From Minisyncoccia bacterium (GTDB taxonomy: Bacteria > Patescibacteriota > Minisyncoccia > Phycocordibacterales > UBA918): 64,000 bases of DNA. Positions 58,739-64,000 of this stretch are shown here, one piece after another. The stretch is taken from the NCBI GenBank assembly GCA_046293175.1, contig JBKBPM010000001.1:511847-575846 (forward strand), in the 5' to 3' direction. The position numbers and the translations under genes are program-made. The notes under the pieces are model-generated. The model did not search any database. It worked only from the letters and a program-made list of their open reading frames with translations, and was not told the origin of the DNA. Every line of letters starts with the position of its first letter. Position 1 is the first letter of the stretch.

Positions 58739-59084
58739 AAGAGAGAGCTGGTTCGAGCATCTTGTACAAAACAAAGAGTAGTGACACCCATCCTTAAGCG
58801 GAGTATCATACGTATACTTTGTACATTAATATAAGAACATAGTTATGACACTACTCTCCCCACATGATTTTGAAACTACTGCTGGTCAACGGTTGATTAT
58901 TGCCAAAACCCAGTCGCTTGAAAAAAGTGCACGAACTTAATACACTGGTACATAAATGTCTAAAAGAAGAAGACCGGCTTGAGCAAGACTTCAAAGGCTA
59001 CGATTAAAACAGCAACTCCAAAGGAAAGCTATAGGCCAAAAATCGCTTTGTGACATCCTTTTGAGTTAGGAGTACAATATACCT

Positions 59085-59510
59085 ATGCCTCAACTGCGTA
59101 TCGTCACATCTCTCACCATCCTCCTTGCACTACTAGCGATGCATATATTTGTGGTAGTAGCTGTTGGTTACCAGACTAGTAACCATAGTCACTCCATGGA
59201 TGCTGTACACCACATGAGTGACTGTCCGTTTATGAACCACAGTGAGACACTTTGTCCTATGACGGTTCTCGATCATCTCGCAGCCTTCCGGAGCCTTTTT
59301 GAAAGCATACTGCCTGCAGTCATAGTGCTCGTGCTTATTGCAGGAGCTCAAGTATTTTGGCAATTAGTCTCACCACAGCTACGAACACTTCTCTTTCTAC
59401 ATGCCTACACCTTTTTCCGGCAAAGAAAATACCTTCTCACACAGTTTGTCCATAGACAATTCCAAGAACTATTTGCTCGAGGTATCTTGCATAAAAAAGT
59501 ATACGGTTGA
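59085..59510 (+). CDS. His/Cys/Met-rich membrane protein, probably metal-related
   Basis: HSHSMDAVHHMSDCPFM.H...CPM; upstream of the DUF305 gene. Confidence 0.6.
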   Translation: MPQLRIVTSLTILLALLAMHIFVVVAVGYQTSNHSHSMDAVHHMSDCPFMNHSETLCPMTVLDHLAAFRSLFESILPAVIVLVLIAGAQVFWQLVSPQLRTLLFLHAYTFFRQRKYLLTQFVHRQFQELFARGILHKKVYG

Positions 59511-59544
59511 GTGATACATTTATTATCCAGTTAATCTCACTACT

Positions 59545-60213
59545 ATGAACAATTCAATTATGATTGCTGCTATCGCCTTAATACTTGGTGGTGCTAGCGG
59601 CTACTATATCGCTCACGAATACCGCAGTGGCACAGACCGCAACTACCAAGATGAAGCCATCCCTATGGGTATGCACCGCATGCCTGATGGATCACTCATG
59701 GGTAATGGCAATACTGCCAACAACACCAATGGAATGGGTATGGGAATGATGAGTGGTGGCATGGGTCACGGTATGATGATGGTCGCCACCGAAAAAGAGT
59801 TTCTCACTGAGATGATTCCCCACCACGAGGAAGCAGTTGTAACCGCCAAAGAAGTCCTTGCCCGTGGCGCGACCACGCCAGAGATAAAGACACTCGTCGA
59901 AGGTATTATCACTGCCCAGGAAAAAGAAATTGCTGATATGAAGAGTTGGTACCAGGCTTGGTACGGGACCCCATACACCCCATCAGGCAAATATCAACCG
60001 ATGATGCGTGACCTCTCGAAGCAGAGTGGCGTCGAACTGGATAAAATCTTCCTCGAGGACATGATCATGCACCATATGGGTGCCATCATGATGGCCCATA
60101 GTGTACAGGGCGTGACCGAACACAAGGAAGTTGAGACGTTGAGTAAAAACATTATTGAATCGCAATCAAAAGAAATTCAACTCATGCGCCAGCTCCGCAC
60201 TGGATTGAAGTAA
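59545..60213 (+). CDS. DUF305 (CopM-like) protein
   Basis: FLTEMIPHHEEAV...IITAQ.KEI..M repeated twice; MHRMPDG. Confidence 0.9.
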   Translation: MNNSIMIAAIALILGGASGYYIAHEYRSGTDRNYQDEAIPMGMHRMPDGSLMGNGNTANNTNGMGMGMMSGGMGHGMMMVATEKEFLTEMIPHHEEAVVTAKEVLARGATTPEIKTLVEGIITAQEKEIADMKSWYQAWYGTPYTPSGKYQPMMRDLSKQSGVELDKIFLEDMIMHHMGAIMMAHSVQGVTEHKEVETLSKNIIESQSKEIQLMRQLRTGLK

Positions 60214-60367
60214 ACCGCACTGAAAACAACAAATAACCGCTGGTTATGACCGGCGGTTATTTGTTTGACCATATACTTGCAATTTTAGCAAAAGTATGAT
60301 TTAATATTGACCGTTGCAACCCGACCAGCTTCGTGTGAGGCAGTCGATATAAATGGAGTAGAGGTAA

Positions 60368-60739
60368 ATGAAGCATCCCGTAGACGCTCATGTCGGCAAG
60401 CGCATTCGCCATCGGCGCTGGATGGTGGGCATGACCCAGGCCCAATTGGCCGACAAGGTAGGCGTCAAGTTCCAGCAGATCCAGAAGTACGAAACCGGCA
60501 TAAACCGGATCTCGGCCTCACGCCTCTGGGACGTGGCCGATGCCTTGGGCGTCTCGATCTCATTCTTCTTCGAAGGACTGGAACATGACGTCGGGGTCAT
60601 GAACGATCAGTTCAGCAAGGATACCGCCGCCCTGGCCCGGGACTATGATGGTCTCGATGACGACCAGAAGAAAGTCGTCCGGAAGCTCGTCACCTCGCTC
60701 ATGTCCCAGCCGGCCTTCATTCGCCAAAAGACCGGCTGA
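60368..60739 (+). CDS. XRE-family HTH transcriptional regulator
   Basis: HPVD.HVGKRIR.RR...GMTQ..LA...G..FQQIQKYE.G.NRISASRL; GAGG SD. Confidence 0.92.
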   Translation: MKHPVDAHVGKRIRHRRWMVGMTQAQLADKVGVKFQQIQKYETGINRISASRLWDVADALGVSISFFFEGLEHDVGVMNDQFSKDTAALARDYDGLDDDQKKVVRKLVTSLMSQPAFIRQKTG

Positions 60740-60890
60740 ACCAGAGCAGGCAGGCGGGGGACCAAAGGTCCCCCGCCACCCCACCCACCCGTCCTTACTA
60801 CATGGACGGGATTGTTTATTTTATAGCTCTATTGACCACATGTTGAATGCTACAGTTGACGGATACGACTCGACTCGTCATACTGAGATT

Positions 60891-61193
60891 ATGGCAAAAA
60901 CCAGTACTGTAGTTCGAGTGACCGAAGTGACTAAAATTACCTTGACTGCGCTGGTGTTCACCGCGATGGTGATGCTGGGTACACCAGAAGAGACTGGTGT
61001 TATCACCTACCTCAACGAATCAACGAGTAGTCTTAATGAGCAACCCAGGAAAGGTGAGAAGGAGAAAGATACCGATACTAGTAATAATGAGTTTGAAGTC
61101 ATTTTTGTCGATGACCAAAACCGTTCGCTGCGTGTTGTCCTCGACGCCGAGGATGGACAAGTCAAAGAAATTGATGACTCAAATGTAACCTAA
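60891..61193 (+). CDS. PepSY-like small exported protein
   Basis: N-terminal TM helix; FEV.FVD.......V.LDAEDGQV. Confidence 0.5.
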   Translation: MAKTSTVVRVTEVTKITLTALVFTAMVMLGTPEETGVITYLNESTSSLNEQPRKGEKEKDTDTSNNEFEVIFVDDQNRSLRVVLDAEDGQVKEIDDSNVT

Positions 61194-61242
61194 CCACACA
61201 AACAAAAACCGCCCGGGTACCGAGCGGTTTTTGTTTGCATAA

Positions 61243-62847
61243 TTACCGGTTCACTATCACCCGAGCTAGCTCGTAGTCTTCAGTTAAACGATACGTGAAG
61301 CTACTACCGGTTGGGGTTAAGGTGCCACTCGATACCACTGGCGCTTCGTAGATACGGTCGTCATCAGGACTTGGATCACCTGATTCTGTCAACGTCGTTT
61401 TGATCGTCTCAGTTGTAATTGATTTGATCGTGCCGAAATTCGTGAGGTTCACTGTCACATCAAGACCGGTAGTTGGGATATCACCAGCGGAAATGAAAAC
61501 CACCATCTTAGTGTTGTCACGATACCCTATCACATCGTAGTTAGAGCCCGTACGGGTCCAAAAGCCACGCGAATCTACCTTACCGGCAAGTAGCTGTGTA
61601 CCAACAAGACTCTCGGCCATAAGGCGGAAGGCCTGCCCGCCGTGACTGAGTGTTTCTCCTTCGTGCCAAAGCATTTGTGATATGCAACTTTGGTTACCCC
61701 ACAACATTCCCATATCAAGCCCTCCACCAATCATTTGACTAAAGGTATTCACCACCGTTGGTGCCTGTCGAGCACCTACATCATATTTAAGATATCCAGC
61801 TGGTGTAGTAGGCTTATCACAACCGCCAACATTCCATTCTGTTGCGATCAGTTTCATCTCTGGGACATTTCTACCAGCCCAGGCTTTACTCCACCAACTT
61901 TTTGCTACACCAAACTTGCGCGTTGTGGTAGCAAAATCATACTCATTGATGTTACCTACCAAACCAATATGATGCACAAAGCCATCTACTGTCTTCATGT
62001 TTGTGGCTGATATCTGATTGTAGATATTCGGCATACCACCTTCGGTTGAACCAATCCAGATAGCGACATCCACTTTTTTCTTTTGCGGGTTGAGTGTAGT
62101 GCTCGTCAAGACGCTATTGATAGTCCCAAGGAAAGCATTTGCTACATACCCGTAGGAACCTGGGCCAGGGGTAAATTTGTTATTACTCCAACCACGAGAA
62201 GCGGTTTCGTTACCTATTTCGAGCGTAATACTAGCCGGTAATGGACCATAGTCCCCCCGCACTAACTTGGTAACAAAATCACGCACGTGAGTCTGTCCTA
62301 CCGTTACATTGTTGAAATAGGGCTCAGTTGGAATCACCATGGTGAAAGGAATATTCTTCTCTACGGCATAGGCCATCACTTCAGTGAGACCACGCTGGAG
62401 ACTAGCGCGGTAGTCTGCCTCTCCCGGAGCGGGTTCTTTATATATATCAGCAAAGGTGAGGTCGTATTTGCGGGTGGCACTTTTATCTTCGGCCAACGAC
62501 CCACCAGGCCAACGAATTGCATTATTTGGCACCTGAGCGACAGCGGTTTTGTAGTTACCAAATATATTAAAAGTAGTGTAGACCGTACCAAATGCTTCTT
62601 TTTTCACAAAAGCCGGGCCGGAGTGAGCCGAGGTATATGGACTGGTGTAATTAAGGGTGGTGGTTACTTTTTGAACCGGTATTGGTGCGGGAGTGGTTGT
62701 GGCAACTGGAGCAACTGGGGCCGTGGTGGTCGGCGTGGTGCCAGCAGTGGTGGTCGCAACCGGACTAAGAATGTTTATAAAACTTCCAATCGCAAACCCC
62801 GTCGCTGCCGTGAGACTCCCAGCCAACAAAACTAAAAGACGTAGCAT
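61243..62847 (-). CDS. secreted clan GH-A glycoside hydrolase-like protein
   Basis: Signal peptide, Thr/Pro linker, IRWPGGS, EIGNE (acid/base), ATEWN (nucleophile). Confidence 0.7.
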   Translation of the reverse strand: MLRLLVLLAGSLTAATGFAIGSFINILSPVATTTAGTTPTTTAPVAPVATTTPAPIPVQKVTTTLNYTSPYTSAHSGPAFVKKEAFGTVYTTFNIFGNYKTAVAQVPNNAIRWPGGSLAEDKSATRKYDLTFADIYKEPAPGEADYRASLQRGLTEVMAYAVEKNIPFTMVIPTEPYFNNVTVGQTHVRDFVTKLVRGDYGPLPASITLEIGNETASRGWSNNKFTPGPGSYGYVANAFLGTINSVLTSTTLNPQKKKVDVAIWIGSTEGGMPNIYNQISATNMKTVDGFVHHIGLVGNINEYDFATTTRKFGVAKSWWSKAWAGRNVPEMKLIATEWNVGGCDKPTTPAGYLKYDVGARQAPTVVNTFSQMIGGGLDMGMLWGNQSCISQMLWHEGETLSHGGQAFRLMAESLVGTQLLAGKVDSRGFWTRTGSNYDVIGYRDNTKMVVFISAGDIPTTGLDVTVNLTNFGTIKSITTETIKTTLTESGDPSPDDDRIYEAPVVSSGTLTPTGSSFTYRLTEDYELARVIVNR

Positions 62848-62910
62848 ACATATTATACTTATAGAATAAGTATATAGTACGGTTACTAGCCTTTTGGCTT
62901 TATCTACAGC

Positions 62911-63222
62911 CTAATGAGCGACCACGGCCGTACCGGTCACACTCACCATGAGCATATTACCGATGGTTTCGTAGTCATAATCGATACCAACAATCGCATT
63001 GGCGCCAAGTGCTTCCGCCCGCGCTATCATCTCACGCAGTGAGGTCTCACGCGCATCTGCAATCGTCTTTTCGTACGTAGCCGAACGACCGCCAACAATA
63101 TCGCGCACACTCGCCATAATATCTTTAAATACATTGGCACCAAAAATGGTTTCACCAGTCACAAGACCTTTGTAGTCGGCAATAGTCTTCCCTTCGAGGA
63201 TTGAAGTGGTAGTTAGTATCAT
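62911..63222 (-). CDS. YbjQ/UPF0145 family protein
   Basis: [29 protein letters not shown] motifs. Confidence 0.92.
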   Translation of the reverse strand: MILTTTSILEGKTIADYKGLVTGETIFGANVFKDIMASVRDIVGGRSATYEKTIADARETSLREMIARAEALGANAIVGIDYDYETIGNMLMVSVTGTAVVAH

Positions 63223-63233
63223 AAAAGAAGTAT

Positions 63234-63722
63234 TTATATTGAAGCGATCTTTTCTGCTTTTAGTAATTGTTTAAGATCCGTAAGCAACTCAAGTGCATGA
63301 CTCGCTGGGTCGACCTCAGGATAGACCTTCGCTACTTTGCCATCTCGCCCGATGAGGTACGAGATACGGTTGGTACCACGCACTTCTTTGCCATACATCT
63401 TTTTCACAACAAAGGCACCGTACTTGTCCATCATCTCCATAGTTGGATCAGAGAGGAGGGTAAACGGAAGTGAGTACTTTTCGGCAAACTTCTTATGAGA
63501 CTTCACGGTATCTTTACTGACGCCAAACACCTGCACCTTCATCCGCTTAAAGTCTTTGTAAACATCGGCAATCATGCAGGCTTCTTTGGTACAACCCGGA
63601 GTGTCATCTTTTGGGTAAAAATAGATAAGGGTCCATTGTCCGGCCAACTCCTTGTGCGTATGAGTGACACCGTCTTGATCAACGAGCGAAAACGTCGGGG
63701 CTTTTTTACCAATTTTTAACAT
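63234..63722 (-). CDS. bcp: peroxiredoxin Bcp
   Basis: [16 protein letters not shown] motif. Confidence 0.94.
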   Translation of the reverse strand: MLKIGKKAPTFSLVDQDGVTHTHKELAGQWTLIYFYPKDDTPGCTKEACMIADVYKDFKRMKVQVFGVSKDTVKSHKKFAEKYSLPFTLLSDPTMEMMDKYGAFVVKKMYGKEVRGTNRISYLIGRDGKVAKVYPEVDPASHALELLTDLKQLLKAEKIASI

Positions 63723-63814
63723 ATGATACTAGTATACCAAATATCAAAATTCAATCACTTCGTGAGCCTTAAAACACAAACGGCCCGTGTTGAAAGACGG
63801 GCCGGTGATGTAGT

Positions 63815-64000
63815 TCAGGCAGTGCCATTTGAAACATTTGTCTCAGACAGCCGCCACCGAAAGAGTTGCCGCATTGCCCAGGAGTGATCGCTACCGTCGT
63901 TACGCCGATTCCATTTTTGGAGCTCATGCTTTAGCTTGTCCAGCGGTATCGACGCAACAATTAGCACTACCGCATCGTAAGCAGCATCAAACGGACCAAA
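63815..64000 (-). CDS. 3' part of a hypothetical ORF running in from beyond the window
   Basis: Open frame from the window edge to TGA, followed by a hairpin at 63781-63804. Confidence 0.35.
   Translation of the reverse strand, partial: FGPFDAAYDAVVLIVASIPLDKLKHELQKWNRRNDGSDHSWAMRQLFRWRLSETNVSNGTA

Noticed and set aside
58845-59008. Possible gene remnant downstream of tRNA-Glu
   Set aside because: Only short broken frames with no recognisable motif.
1-64000. Genome-wide reassignment of AUA or UGA
   Set aside because: ATA occurs at conserved Ile/hydrophobic sites, core ORFs are intact under code 11 and TGA ends several ORFs.

Overview
This window looks like chromosome from a Patescibacteria/CPR bacterium, probably Parcubacteria. 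That assignment is inferred from clusters of VirB2/TrbC-like pilins, a degenerate HisRS paralogue, a short IF-2, few Shine-Dalgarno sites and the absence of biosynthetic genes. It uses standard code 11. Most of the window is housekeeping: serS, dprA-topA, relA/spoT, parB, miaA, clpB, infB-rbfA, gyrA, rpsA, pth, lepB, ybeY-ftsA-ftsZ, trxB, bcp and 9 canonical tRNAs. The most striking feature is a 2.0-kb IS1595-family element (54077-56075; terminal inverted repeats plus an 8-bp target duplication) with RNA cargo. It carries a tRNA with a serine-type body (long variable arm, G73) but an Ile UAU anticodon, placed behind a terminator/antiterminator leader. Directly downstream is a separately promoted ~105-nt sRNA whose first 14 nt are antisense to that tRNA's variable arm. 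I read this as a candidate mobile 'mistranslator tRNA / antisense antitoxin' module. A second theme is a set of small non-coding elements that duplicate the 3' ends of tRNAs and ftsZ in both inverted and direct orientation, including a synonymously recoded copy of the FtsZ C-terminal peptide. Also notable are pilins fused to peptidoglycan hydrolases, an HNH ORF that ends inside a tRNA, and several genes that look alphaproteobacterial. All calls come from reading the sequence; no database searches were run.
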